Program-made: the position numbers and the translations under genes | Shown here: positions 54,189-63,652 of the stretch, one piece after another | How positions within the stretch are numbered: position 1 is the stretch's first letter | Layout of the letters: each line of letters opens with the position of its first letter | The notes under the pieces: generated by a model | Database searches by the model: none | Seen by the model: the letters and a program-made list of their open reading frames with translations, nothing else | Told to the model about the DNA's origin: nothing | Sequence record: MW822008.1 | Length of the DNA: 64,000 nt | Strand: one strand, 5' to 3'

Positions 54189-54724
54189 TGTCTGAACCGA
54201 TGGTAGCACTGGCACGTACAAAATTACTATTAAAGATTGGTGAGATTTTTACGGTTCTTCTGTCCAATAATATTGATATCACTGAGCTAGATATTAAGCA
54301 ACCGTGGGAAGTGACTATGTTCTCGGCGTTCCACCGATTGTCATATAAAGGTGAAAGTGTTCTTGATTTTAACCCTAAAGCAAAATTCATAGATTATGCT
54401 GCGTTGTACAGAGAGTTGCACAGAAATATTTATTCCGGTTGTATAACCAATAACTTCAAAGAAATTAAAGTTCAAACTGCATCACATGAGTTCAATGATT
54501 TACTTTATCCAGAATTTAATCTAACGGAAGAATTACTCTTTCAGTACTCGTTAATTCTCACAAATCTCGAAACACTAGAGTTCTACAAAGAGTTAGTAGA
54601 TATTTTTATGAATACACGACTTTCAAAAGATATTGTGATATTCTGGTATACAGAGCATGTTACGGAGGAATTGCTTACTGAATTTCTTCTAAATATGACA
54701 GCTATAAAGGAGAAGTTATGTTAG
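54188..54724 (+). CDS. Family B paralog
   Basis: EELLFQYSLI. Confidence 0.85.
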   Translation: MSEPMVALARTKLLLKIGEIFTVLLSNNIDITELDIKQPWEVTMFSAFHRLSYKGESVLDFNPKAKFIDYAALYRELHRNIYSGCITNNFKEIKVQTASHEFNDLLYPEFNLTEELLFQYSLILTNLETLEFYKELVDIFMNTRLSKDIVIFWYTEHVTEELLTEFLLNMTAIKEKLC

Positions 54725-55191
54725 ATATTTTAGGAAACATCGATACTGCAAATTATTTTATCCAGGACGCACTGTTCAATACAGTTCAACAAGGATTAGA
54801 AGTTCGTCATAACGTTTACCAAGGTGATGGTTATTTCGTTGATATTGTTGAGGCACGAAAGAATACGTTTAATGTTAACATTACAACACTGGGTAGACAG
54901 AACATTGCACGAATTTTAGTAAGTAAAGATGAAATTGTATTGAGATACAGTGCTAAGTTTATGTTGACTTATAAGAAAAAAACTGATATGTTCAGTACTA
55001 ATTTATTTGATGAGCCATTTGACCTTGAAGATATTGAAGCTACTTTCTTTACTCAAAGTACTATGGTAAAATACACTGATGTTCAATTTTCTGCTGATGT
55101 AATGTCAGAAACATTACAAATGATCAAGGTATTATTTTATGCATTTGAGCAATTTAGAGAAGAAAGAAACAAGGTTAACAACCACAGATGA
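54718..55191 (+). CDS. Family B paralog (divergent)
   Basis: EATFFTQSTMV. Confidence 0.65.
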   Translation: MLDILGNIDTANYFIQDALFNTVQQGLEVRHNVYQGDGYFVDIVEARKNTFNVNITTLGRQNIARILVSKDEIVLRYSAKFMLTYKKKTDMFSTNLFDEPFDLEDIEATFFTQSTMVKYTDVQFSADVMSETLQMIKVLFYAFEQFREERNKVNNHR

Positions 55192-55204
55192 ACTAATAGA
55201 GGCG

Positions 55205-55552
55205 ATGACTAAGGAGTCAAAATACCACAAAGGGATTCGTCTATATTTTATAGATATTGGTTCAATGGAAGGCATATACATTTATGGTTCACAATCTTTA
55301 TCTTATGATGTAATGCCAAAAAAACATGTAAAAATCTTTTTAGGTTCAAATAAAAAAACTTTCTTGACAATTAATGATAAAAACGTTATTATGAATTCGT
55401 TGGGTCATGATAAGGTGGAAATTGATCTAAACACACTGGAGGATATTGATTTTTTTCAATACGAGTGTTTAGGTGTTGACTTACATGGCATTAGTAGCGA
55501 TATGATAAAATCATTAATCAAATATTTCGAAGGTGTTCATAAATGTATCTAA
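55205..55552 (+). CDS. Family B paralog
   Basis: DIDFFQYECL; start uncertain. Confidence 0.7.
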   Translation: MTKESKYHKGIRLYFIDIGSMEGIYIYGSQSLSYDVMPKKHVKIFLGSNKKTFLTINDKNVIMNSLGHDKVEIDLNTLEDIDFFQYECLGVDLHGISSDMIKSLIKYFEGVHKCI

Positions 55553-56040
55553 CTAAATCAATGAAAAATTCATTTGATAAAATCAAGAGTTGTCTTGATG
55601 GGGAAAATATTACAAGTGTTACACAAACTGCTGACCAAATTCAAAGCAGTTCAAGTGATTGTACTGTTATTTTAGGTTTACATAGTCTACGTTTATCAAT
55701 AGTAAATAATATTGACAACACTGCTATTGTAATCACACCATGCCATATTCAAAATGAGAATGGTGTATATCTTCATCACATGGGAACAGTATTTCATATT
55801 TTCAATACAAACGAAAACATTGTTAAGGAATACAATACTCTTAATATTGATTCAGGTGAATTATTTCAAATGAGTACTTTGTACTCATGTAATTTTACAG
55901 ATACTTCATGTATTTTGCCATTTTTCTTGGAAATTATTAAGAAAATGGAAAATTTAAAACGTGAATACAATAAAGAAATGGTTCCTGAAGCTATATTAAA
56001 TATTACTAATGCTATAGAGAAGTATAATGCAGTGACTTAA
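55543..56040 (+). CDS. Family B paralog
   Basis: GELFQMSTLY. Confidence 0.85.
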   Translation: MYLTKSMKNSFDKIKSCLDGENITSVTQTADQIQSSSSDCTVILGLHSLRLSIVNNIDNTAIVITPCHIQNENGVYLHHMGTVFHIFNTNENIVKEYNTLNIDSGELFQMSTLYSCNFTDTSCILPFFLEIIKKMENLKREYNKEMVPEAILNITNAIEKYNAVT

Positions 56041-56082
56041 TAAAAACGCACATGGAGTGCATTAGAAGATCAAGGATAGATC

Positions 56083-56556
56083 ATGGAGATTAAAACTGTT
56101 GAAAATGGGAAAATTGATGACATTTTAGAGTTGGACGCATTCAAAGTTCATGATATAATGTTTAATGTGAAGGACATTATTCAATGTCTATTTTTGTGTA
56201 GCAAGACAATGCATGATTTTTTTCACAACCCAAATACTAACGTTTTTATACTAACAATCAGTACTGAAAACTCGTTTATCATGGGTATGCCTATGAGTAC
56301 AAATGAACAATATATTGATTGTGTTATTCGTAATAACGATAGTATTACGCCACAATCTGAAGTACGTAAAAAGAAAAACACCTACACAATCAAAGATGAT
56401 AAAATTATGATGTGCTGTAGTAAAGGGTTTATATTAGATAATTTTATCGTAAAAGACAGTTATCACGACTTTAAAGTATCTGAAAATCAATCCAATGTAG
56501 TTCTTTATGCGAGTGACATAGAAAGTCTAACAGTTAAAGATCCTAGTTTGGAGTAA
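56083..56556 (+). CDS. Hypothetical protein
   Basis: ORF, AAGGA RBS. Confidence 0.75.
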   Translation: MEIKTVENGKIDDILELDAFKVHDIMFNVKDIIQCLFLCSKTMHDFFHNPNTNVFILTISTENSFIMGMPMSTNEQYIDCVIRNNDSITPQSEVRKKKNTYTIKDDKIMMCCSKGFILDNFIVKDSYHDFKVSENQSNVVLYASDIESLTVKDPSLE

Positions 56557-56558
56557 TT

Positions 56559-56690
56559 ATGTCGAAGAAAGTTAACAATTTCGTACAGAAACACATGAAT
56601 GAGTTTAATAAACCTCAGACACATGTGGATCGTAAAAAAGAAATGAAAAATGGTAAAGTAAAACACAAGTCGAGATTTATTCTCGACTAA
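56559..56690 (+). CDS. 43-aa basic phage protein
   Basis: MSKKVNNFVQKHMNEFNKPQTHVDRKKEMKNGKVKHK; GGAG RBS. Confidence 0.7.
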   Translation: MSKKVNNFVQKHMNEFNKPQTHVDRKKEMKNGKVKHKSRFILD

Positions 56691-56719
56691 TTTTTTGTCT
56701 AAATTTATGAGGATTGTAT

Positions 56720-57568
56720 ATGTTAGACATTTCAGATTTTCTTAATTTTAAAAAGTATTCAGTACTTGAACATATCAACGAATTTCTGAATTCTACTACA
56801 CCATTTGGTATCAGTACATCAGATGCATACGATGGATATACAATCTTCCCATACAATGACTTTCAAATTTCCGTCAAAAAAGGTATTACAAAAGAAGTTG
56901 CAATTCGTGATGTAGTAATGTATAGCGATTCTTCTATTTCTTACTGTCATGATGTGAACAAGTTTGAATCTCTTGCAACACCTAATTGTTCATACTACAA
57001 ATCCCATGACACGATGATGTATAAAGAACAACATATCAATGGTGTTTCGTTCTATAAAACTAGCAGTGATAAATCATATACATCTAGAGATGATTTTGGA
57101 AAATACACATGTACTATGCACACGGATAATGAAAAAACAAATTACACTCATTCATTCGAGTCCAAATTCCAAGAGAGTGAAGTTTCAAATATCACTATAC
57201 AAGAACAGGTTTCAGAAGGCATTGTATATCGTAGCACTGCATTCTTTCGCATGAAAGATATTGCCACAGGCAGACCAATGATGTACAATATTGATATATA
57301 CATGAAAGGTGATATATCCGAAGTAGTGATTAGTACTGGTTATCGTGAAAAATATACAGTTACAATGGAATCACCAGATGCATCATTAGTTCACCTCTTT
57401 AACAATTTATATACATTCCAATTCGAACTTAGTTTCGATCCAAATGAATATCAAATATTTGATATATTAAAAAGTAATATTATTAATAAGTTAGAATATT
57501 ACTACAAGTTAGGTGGTAAGATGTGCATAGTTAATACTATGTTACATAACATAAAAGAAACATTATAA
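56720..57568 (+). CDS. Hypothetical protein
   Basis: Long ORF; GAGG RBS. Confidence 0.8.
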   Translation: MLDISDFLNFKKYSVLEHINEFLNSTTPFGISTSDAYDGYTIFPYNDFQISVKKGITKEVAIRDVVMYSDSSISYCHDVNKFESLATPNCSYYKSHDTMMYKEQHINGVSFYKTSSDKSYTSRDDFGKYTCTMHTDNEKTNYTHSFESKFQESEVSNITIQEQVSEGIVYRSTAFFRMKDIATGRPMMYNIDIYMKGDISEVVISTGYREKYTVTMESPDASLVHLFNNLYTFQFELSFDPNEYQIFDILKSNIINKLEYYYKLGGKMCIVNTMLHNIKETL

Positions 57569-57584
57569 ATCTGGAGGATTTGGT

Positions 57585-57878
57585 ATGGATACTAAATTCA
57601 AAATTATTTTTAAAACTAAGCCGTATATTCCACATACAGCAGAACGTTTTATACCACATGGTGCTGAGGAAATTATTCACCAAGATGGTACTAAGTTATA
57701 CCTTGTTCCTTGTTCTTATGAACGTGCAGTAGAAATGTTACTAATGAATGCTAGACTATGCAAAAACAAGTACATTAGTTACCTATACAATGAACATATT
57801 TTAGATTTCAATGATGAAAATATGTTCATTCTAGCAATCGAGGATTTTGATAACTGGTACAATATTATTAAAATCTAA
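57585..57878 (+). CDS. Hypothetical protein
   Basis: ORF, GGAGG RBS. Confidence 0.8.
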   Translation: MDTKFKIIFKTKPYIPHTAERFIPHGAEEIIHQDGTKLYLVPCSYERAVEMLLMNARLCKNKYISYLYNEHILDFNDENMFILAIEDFDNWYNIIKI

Positions 57879-57886
57879 TGAAAATA

Positions 57887-57925
57887 ATGTGAACATATTA
57901 GATTCTTGTGATATAATGTTCACAT
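57887..57925 (+). promoter_or_regulatory. Extended -10 promoter overlapped by an inverted repeat
   Basis: ATGTGAACAT/ATGTTCACAT arms around TGnTATAAT (57912-57917). Confidence 0.65.
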
Positions 57926-57949
57926 CTTTTTTTGATAACGGAGATATAG

Positions 57950-58336
57950 ATGAATACAAGTTCAATCCTAAAAGCAATTGGTGGTGTTTTACTCATTGAA
58001 GTAAAAGGTGAGCCAAAGCTATGCTGTTTAGAAGATATGAAGAATACAAAACACTTCAGTACTGGTCAGATTTTCAATGCCATTCGTATTCTAAATGACA
58101 AATCCATTGCTGATTATGGAAAAGTTTGGCCTGTATATCAAAATGCTGATGGTGATATCAGTACTGATTGGAAAACAATTGAGGCGGTACGACAAAGTTG
58201 TGAGAGTGATTGGGACTTCATTGTTGAAGTTTGTGATCAACTACAAGAAGATGTTCCAGAAATTGTCGAACGAAAAGAAGTCCTAGCACGACTTGAAAAA
58301 TTCCGTCACGGAACACTACAGTATAACACAATCTAA
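57950..58336 (+). CDS. Hypothetical protein
   Basis: ORF, GGAG RBS. Confidence 0.8.
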   Translation: MNTSSILKAIGGVLLIEVKGEPKLCCLEDMKNTKHFSTGQIFNAIRILNDKSIADYGKVWPVYQNADGDISTDWKTIEAVRQSCESDWDFIVEVCDQLQEDVPEIVERKEVLARLEKFRHGTLQYNTI

Positions 58337-58385
58337 TCTGCTTATTAAAAATATCTAATTAACATTATATAAAAGGAATTTAAAA

Positions 58386-58691
58386 ATGGAAGACAATGGA
58401 ATGAAATTTGATATGTTTGAAGGTGTACCAGAGTTCGATTTCAACAAACTTGAAGAAGGTGAGGAATCAGAACTAGTCAGTGTTACACTTAAAGCAGATT
58501 CTAAGAAGAAATATTCATCAGCAGTACGTTCACGTTCACAAGAAGAATACGAAACATTTATTGAAAGTATTCATTATGAAACATTCCATCATGCAGATGG
58601 AACTCCATATGAAGTACGTGTAACAGTACTGAAGCCTGAAGTAAATCCAATGGAAAATCTACGTCCTGTTTACTGCTGGGCAAGTCACTAA
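58386..58691 (+). CDS. Acidic hypothetical protein
   Basis: ORF, AAGGA RBS. Confidence 0.8.
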   Translation: MEDNGMKFDMFEGVPEFDFNKLEEGEESELVSVTLKADSKKKYSSAVRSRSQEEYETFIESIHYETFHHADGTPYEVRVTVLKPEVNPMENLRPVYCWASH

Positions 58692-58697
58692 TAAACC

Positions 58698-58730
58698 AAA
58701 GGACGGGATTTGTTATCTCGTCCTTTTTTT
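58698..58730 (+). terminator. Intrinsic terminator
   Basis: AAAGGACGGGA/TCTCGTCCTTT plus T-run. Confidence 0.8.
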
Positions 58731-58742
58731 GTCTGGAGATGT

Positions 58743-59597
58743 ATGAAACTTTATCTAATCGTTGACTACAATAAGGATTATGCTGGTAACTTCACCGAAG
58801 ATTCGGATGGATATTGCACATCGACTAATGTCAATGTACGTAGCAGTAGTGCTCATGAACATGAATCTTGTAAAAATCTAAAAGATTTTATCGCATACCG
58901 AGCATTTGAAAAGAACTTCTGCCGCAGTAGATATTCGAAGTTTGAGTACCCGTTAATTGATGTTCCTGATGATTTAATGTTCCAGTTAATGCTAACTGGA
59001 GTTCAAGATTATGATTACATAGCATATAATCATATTACTAAGAAAATTTATATTGGTACATCATCACATGACACTTCTATGTATGCATCATGCCCAGATG
59101 ATCGAATGAATGATAGAAAATCATACTATAGTGGATCAGTTGGTTTAAATGATTCATTAAATGAAAATTTATTCTTTGAGTATGTTTATGATTACCATCA
59201 TGAGAAAAAAGAACGTGAAGATTACTGTATAGCAATTGATAGTACTAATGGGTATGAAGACGTGAAAGAAGCACTTATGCCGTACATTATTGAAAAGTAC
59301 TACAAAGATTTTCAGTACTGTAGTAATTTTCTAATCAGAAATTCTATTATAATCGGTCGCCAATCTAGTGCATACTCTCAGTACTATAATGATTCACCAG
59401 TAGCATCGGCAAATGAAATGTGTGATATTTTACAAATTCCACGTGAAGATATGGCATTCATTTTTACATCTTTTATTGAAGATGATGAGTTGTATATTAA
59501 AAATAAACACCGTTTCATGCCAAGCAAGATTGAGGTTATTCGAAGTTTTAGTGTTGATATACTAACAAATTTCACAGAAAAAACCGAATATAACTGA
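58743..59597 (+). CDS. Hypothetical protein
   Basis: Long ORF; GGAG RBS. Confidence 0.8.
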   Translation: MKLYLIVDYNKDYAGNFTEDSDGYCTSTNVNVRSSSAHEHESCKNLKDFIAYRAFEKNFCRSRYSKFEYPLIDVPDDLMFQLMLTGVQDYDYIAYNHITKKIYIGTSSHDTSMYASCPDDRMNDRKSYYSGSVGLNDSLNENLFFEYVYDYHHEKKEREDYCIAIDSTNGYEDVKEALMPYIIEKYYKDFQYCSNFLIRNSIIIGRQSSAYSQYYNDSPVASANEMCDILQIPREDMAFIFTSFIEDDELYIKNKHRFMPSKIEVIRSFSVDILTNFTEKTEYN

Positions 59598-59625
59598 GAC
59601 AAATGATAAGTTAATGATATAATAT

Positions 59626-59660
59626 AAGGTGACAACATAATATGTTAGTCACCTTTTTTT
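59626..59660 (+). terminator. Terminator-like hairpin just after a TGnTATAAT (59615-59623)
   Basis: AAGGTGAC-AACATA/TATGTT-A-GTCACCTT plus T-run. Confidence 0.65.
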
Positions 59661-60170
59661 AATCCTGAAAGGTTCCCATAAGGAAATGATTAAAAGCCTA
59701 ATCCACTCGAAAATGTAGAGGGTAGATGAGTAGTCCTTTCAGTACGAACAGCAGATGAAACCCGTTAGATGATGGCATAGTTTGAACCACTCACGGCAAT
59801 GCGGCTGTATAAAGAACTCCAATAGGATAAAGAGAGTTCCTCGATAGACATATAAGGATCGCACCTTACCAATTATCTAAGGGAGATTTCATAAGAAATA
59901 TGCGGTCGGAATTATACAATATAGTTGCGTCCAAATTTTGTGAAATCAAATACAAGTACTGGTCATATGGTATTTGTATTATGTGTCGGGATGTTTAAGA
60001 CCGACGACCGTTGCTACAAGAACCGCGATAGAGAGAAACAGAGCAACCCGCTTTCGTCTCGTAAGAGAATTCGTGATATGAACTATGTGAAGGCCACCAG
60101 CGTCAAACTTTTTTGTTCTTTCCCCTGCGGGGGGGATGAAATATGCTCAAGCAAACCCCGTCAATATTAA
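59661..60170. ncRNA. Candidate large structured RNA (strand not established)
   Basis: About 510 nt with no credible ORF; GC-rich relative to flanks; many stems. Confidence 0.5.
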
Positions 60171-60276
60171 TTAAAAGAAAATAGTACTTGTAGAATTAGA
60201 CATGCGTAGCATGGTAATTCTACTGATGTTGATGAAATCAACGTCACGTATATTCATTGATGTTTCCATAGGAATA

Positions 60277-60822
60277 ATGATGGCATTTATTAGAAAAGAA
60301 AAAACTGTTACTTATAAAACTTTGAATTTTGATGATTGCATTAATCAATCACAAGACGAAGATATCTTTACTGGATATGTGGTTATTAAAGAAAAAGGAT
60401 GCATTTCTTATATAAAGGAATTGCAAAATGGAATTGAAGTGACTTCAGTTAAATTACTTCCTACTCAAAAACCAACAATATCAAAAGCCCAGTATGGTAA
60501 TTATTTTGAAGAAAGATATAGTAATAATTCAATAAGTGTTAAGGCTCATATTATTAAAGGAGAACTAGAAGGAGAATATAGAAAATACAACCCACAAGGA
60601 AAATGTGTTTGGGTTAAATACTTCAATTCAGGATATGATGTAACATCTGAAATTATAGAGTTCTTAGGTTTAAAATGTACCCCTGAGACTATTCACGATT
60701 ATAAGTTCAATACTGAAGAAGAGTTTAATCTGATGATGCGTTACGGTTCACATTTTAAATTTTTATATGAATATAACATTGACAGTAGTACTTTTGATAA
60801 GATAGTACACAACTGTCTCTAA
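60277..60822 (+). CDS. Hypothetical protein with one MORN-like repeat
   Basis: GELEGEYRKYNPQGKCVWVKYFNSG. Confidence 0.65.
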   Translation: MMAFIRKEKTVTYKTLNFDDCINQSQDEDIFTGYVVIKEKGCISYIKELQNGIEVTSVKLLPTQKPTISKAQYGNYFEERYSNNSISVKAHIIKGELEGEYRKYNPQGKCVWVKYFNSGYDVTSEIIEFLGLKCTPETIHDYKFNTEEEFNLMMRYGSHFKFLYEYNIDSSTFDKIVHNCL

Positions 60823-60838
60823 CAAAAGGAATTATATA

Positions 60839-61360
60839 ATGTCGAAGAAGGATGCTTCGAAAAAACATTCAGTACATTTTAGTACTGGAAAAGATAACTG
60901 GACAACTCCAAAGGATTTCTTTGAAGATTTGGATGAACTCTGGGAATTTACACTAGATGCAGCATGTGTCAAAGAAACTGCATTGTGTGATAATTTTTTC
61001 ACTCCAGAAGATGATTCACTGTCACAGGATTGGGGAAATAATATAGTTTGGTTGAATCCACCATATAGTGACTTGAAAACTTGGTTATCTAAAGCAGTAG
61101 ATGCATATAATAACGGGGCAACTGTAGTTATTCTTGTACCCTCAAGAACCGATACAATTGCTTTTCAGGATTATGCTGCTAAAATATGTGATTGTATTTG
61201 TTTTATTAAGGGAAGATTGAGATTTGGTATACCAGAAGAACCCGATAAGAAAACAGATTCAGCACCATTTCCTTCGTGTCTGATAGTACTGGATAAGTAC
61301 TTAACCACTGCTAAAATCAATTATCTTAAATCTCTTGGGTTGGTGATGAAGAATTTATGA
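60839..61360 (+). CDS. Phage N6-adenine DNA methyltransferase (Dam-type family)
   Basis: WTTPKDFF, FTLDAAC, VWLNPPYS (motif IV), VVILVPSRTDT. Confidence 0.9.
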   Translation: MSKKDASKKHSVHFSTGKDNWTTPKDFFEDLDELWEFTLDAACVKETALCDNFFTPEDDSLSQDWGNNIVWLNPPYSDLKTWLSKAVDAYNNGATVVILVPSRTDTIAFQDYAAKICDCICFIKGRLRFGIPEEPDKKTDSAPFPSCLIVLDKYLTTAKINYLKSLGLVMKNL

Positions 61361-61890
61361 AAGAAACATGCGTATTAACTTTTGGACGTGTTAATCCCGT
61401 ACATCGTGGACATGGTTTAGTTTTTGAAAAGGCCAAAACATTACAAGAACAGTACAATGCTGATTTAAAAATATATCTAAGCACCAGTACTGACAATATA
61501 AAAAACCCACTCCCACCTGAACTAAAAATGTATTATACAGAGGGATTCTATCCTTCAGTGCAAGAGAACATCTACACAGAAGACAATCTATTTGATATAA
61601 TGAGAGAACTGGATGGAAAGTACTTAGATGTTCTTTTCATATGTGGTTCTGACCGTATTGATTCTTTTCAAAAAACTCTTGACATGTACAATGGTAAGTT
61701 GTATAATTTTTGTAGTATAAAAGCAATTCAAGCAGGTATTGACCGTAATGTAAGTCAATATAGCTCAACACAAATGCGTAACTTCGCAAAAAATGAAGAT
61801 TTTGATAGTTTTCGTGAGTTTTTACCTGGAAATGACGAGGACTTAAAAATACAATTATTTGAAGACGTTATAAAATACATGAGGAAATAA
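61357..61890 (+). CDS. HIGH-superfamily nucleotidyltransferase (cytidylyltransferase-like)
   Basis: TFGRVNPVHRGH, CGSDR, YSSTQMR. Confidence 0.85.
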   Translation: MKETCVLTFGRVNPVHRGHGLVFEKAKTLQEQYNADLKIYLSTSTDNIKNPLPPELKMYYTEGFYPSVQENIYTEDNLFDIMRELDGKYLDVLFICGSDRIDSFQKTLDMYNGKLYNFCSIKAIQAGIDRNVSQYSSTQMRNFAKNEDFDSFREFLPGNDEDLKIQLFEDVIKYMRK

Positions 61891-61892
61891 TT

Positions 61893-62186
61893 ATGTCAGT
61901 ACTGTTCAAAACCAATCCAGTACTTTGGGATCAAAATGAGCAATCAGGATTTCGTTCCATCCATGTTGAATACAAAGGTAATACTGTAGTTGCAATTATT
62001 GCTAACAAAACTCTAGGAAACTGGACTGCACAGGTTGTTCCTATGGGATATTCTTACACATCTGATGAGGTTCAATTCCTGGCTGAACTATATCGTCAAG
62101 TGCCGTTTATCATTAATGTACTAGAAGGTAATGATACATTATCACATGCAGATGTGATTAATTTTCTTGGAAACTTGCATGTGTGA
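61893..62186 (+). CDS. Hypothetical protein
   Basis: ORF. Confidence 0.75.
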   Translation: MSVLFKTNPVLWDQNEQSGFRSIHVEYKGNTVVAIIANKTLGNWTAQVVPMGYSYTSDEVQFLAELYRQVPFIINVLEGNDTLSHADVINFLGNLHV

Positions 62187-62466
62187 TGAAATAAATCTTA
62201 CAGGATATTTTTTACAAGAATCAATGATTAAATTTAGTGATAAATTTTCAGTACTGGATGGTATCGAAATGTGGCATGTCAAACCACTGTTCCACACTTT
62301 CAGTAAAGAGCACAAAATGTTATTGACTGAAGCCAGTAAATCAAATAACATATGTGAAATCAAAATTGGTGTAAATGTCTATAAAGGGATGGTTATCTTT
62401 TTTGACAATAACAGCAACTACTTTTATATTGTTAAGGAGCATTACGTTGACAAATACAAATACTAA
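62179..62466 (+). CDS. Hypothetical protein
   Basis: ORF; start trimmed. Confidence 0.7.
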   Translation: MCDEINLTGYFLQESMIKFSDKFSVLDGIEMWHVKPLFHTFSKEHKMLLTEASKSNNICEIKIGVNVYKGMVIFFDNNSNYFYIVKEHYVDKYKY

Positions 62467-63067
62467 TACATATTTCCGTTATCTTCGATTAGGTCTTTCC
62501 CTACGTCCGATCCGTGGAAAGTGCGATTCACTCGCTGACCTTGACTATGCATATGCATTACATCATGAAGGTGTACAGTATGTATTGGGTGATTATGGTG
62601 AATTTGAAGAAACAAATGACAGTACTGGAATTAATGCTGGTGTAGAAAATCTTAACAACATTGCTAACAGTTCTCGCCATGACATTGTGTTACAGATTCA
62701 AAACTTTATTGAGCAACACACAGGCAAACGTGTTTGGTGCTATGTCGGTACTGATGCACAAATGTCAATTTCATTCGGTAACGATGAAGGATATGTTGCA
62801 CAGCTTATTATGGATTTTGAATCTGAAGAGAAGTTTTTAGAATTCAAAGAAAAGATTATTCAGTCACTTGTTGATATGGGTATCCCCGAAGATAAAATGC
62901 CAGAAGTTCAAAACATTGATGAATTTGTTTTGATTCCATCTGATGAGAAATATGATGCAATGTTTACTGCTCTTAATATTCCAGGAGTTATTGTGGAGTA
63001 CTTTGATGATGGTGATGATAGTATCTATATCGATCTAGATGACGATGACGATGACGACGATGAATAA
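62447..63067 (+). CDS. Acidic hypothetical protein with poly-Asp tail
   Basis: TTG start 7 nt after AAGGAG, in frame with track ORF 62375. Confidence 0.75.
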   Translation: MTNTNTNTYFRYLRLGLSLRPIRGKCDSLADLDYAYALHHEGVQYVLGDYGEFEETNDSTGINAGVENLNNIANSSRHDIVLQIQNFIEQHTGKRVWCYVGTDAQMSISFGNDEGYVAQLIMDFESEEKFLEFKEKIIQSLVDMGIPEDKMPEVQNIDEFVLIPSDEKYDAMFTALNIPGVIVEYFDDGDDSIYIDLDDDDDDDDE

Positions 63068-63072
63068 TGTAC

Positions 63073-63101
63073 ATAGCCCGACATAAGTTCGGGCTATTTT
63101 T
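63073..63101 (+). terminator. Intrinsic terminator
   Basis: ATAGCCCGA/TCGGGCTAT plus T-run. Confidence 0.8.
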
Positions 63102-63113
63102 GTAAGGGGATAT

Positions 63114-63389
63114 ATGAATTATAAAGTTCTACAATATACATACAGTGTTTTGTTTGATTTACATCACAATGGAAGATATCTCAATACAATACGAGAAAAC
63201 ACATTCACTCATACTATCTGGATTAATCACTTAATAATGATACGTGAATATTTTGTTAATAGTGAGATAATCATTCGTGGTAAAAAACAGAAGATAGAAC
63301 AAGTTAATAGTTTTGGTGGTAAATTAGTACTATCATTTATAGATAGTAATACTAATGAAAGATATAGTATAGATTTGGTGGACATATGA
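63114..63389 (+). CDS. Family C paralog
   Basis: LQYTYSVLFDL N-terminus. Confidence 0.75.
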   Translation: MNYKVLQYTYSVLFDLHHNGRYLNTIRENTFTHTIWINHLIMIREYFVNSEIIIRGKKQKIEQVNSFGGKLVLSFIDSNTNERYSIDLVDI

Positions 63390-63652
63390 ATTATAAAGAT
63401 TTCCTACTAACATACAAGATTATTCGAGATTTAGCACACGACAATGATAGCCCTAGTCTAGAAGACACATGCACTGAAATGATTCATACGATTCGTGGTA
63501 AGATTAAAAAAAAATTCAGTACTGTTATTATTGGTGATGACCATGCAGAATTTTCTGATATAATCATTAGACGTGATGGTAAAGTTGAGGTTCAGTACTA
63601 CACTGATTTTGGATTTACCAGTATTCCGTTGGAGATATTCCCTTGGGATTAA
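63386..63652 (+). CDS. Family C paralog
   Basis: FLLTYKIIRDL. Confidence 0.75.
   Translation: MNYKDFLLTYKIIRDLAHDNDSPSLEDTCTEMIHTIRGKIKKKFSTVIIGDDHAEFSDIIIRRDGKVEVQYYTDFGFTSIPLEIFPWD

Noticed and set aside
58743-59597. DDLMFQLML as a family B motif
   Set aside because: It lies near the N-terminus of a much longer protein and lacks the S/T-V/I-aromatic continuation.
59661-60170. Group I/II intron, tmRNA or RNase P identity; 81-aa ORF 59925-60170
   Set aside because: It does not interrupt a gene, and I found no GTGCG start, domain V, P7 pairing, tRNA-like ends or GAGGAAAGTCC. The ORF has a TTG start with no RBS and atypical composition.
1017-62363. All minus-strand ORFs and the short alternative-frame plus ORFs in the track
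   Set aside because: They shadow better plus-strand genes or overlap promoters and sRNA units, and lack RBSs or family motifs.
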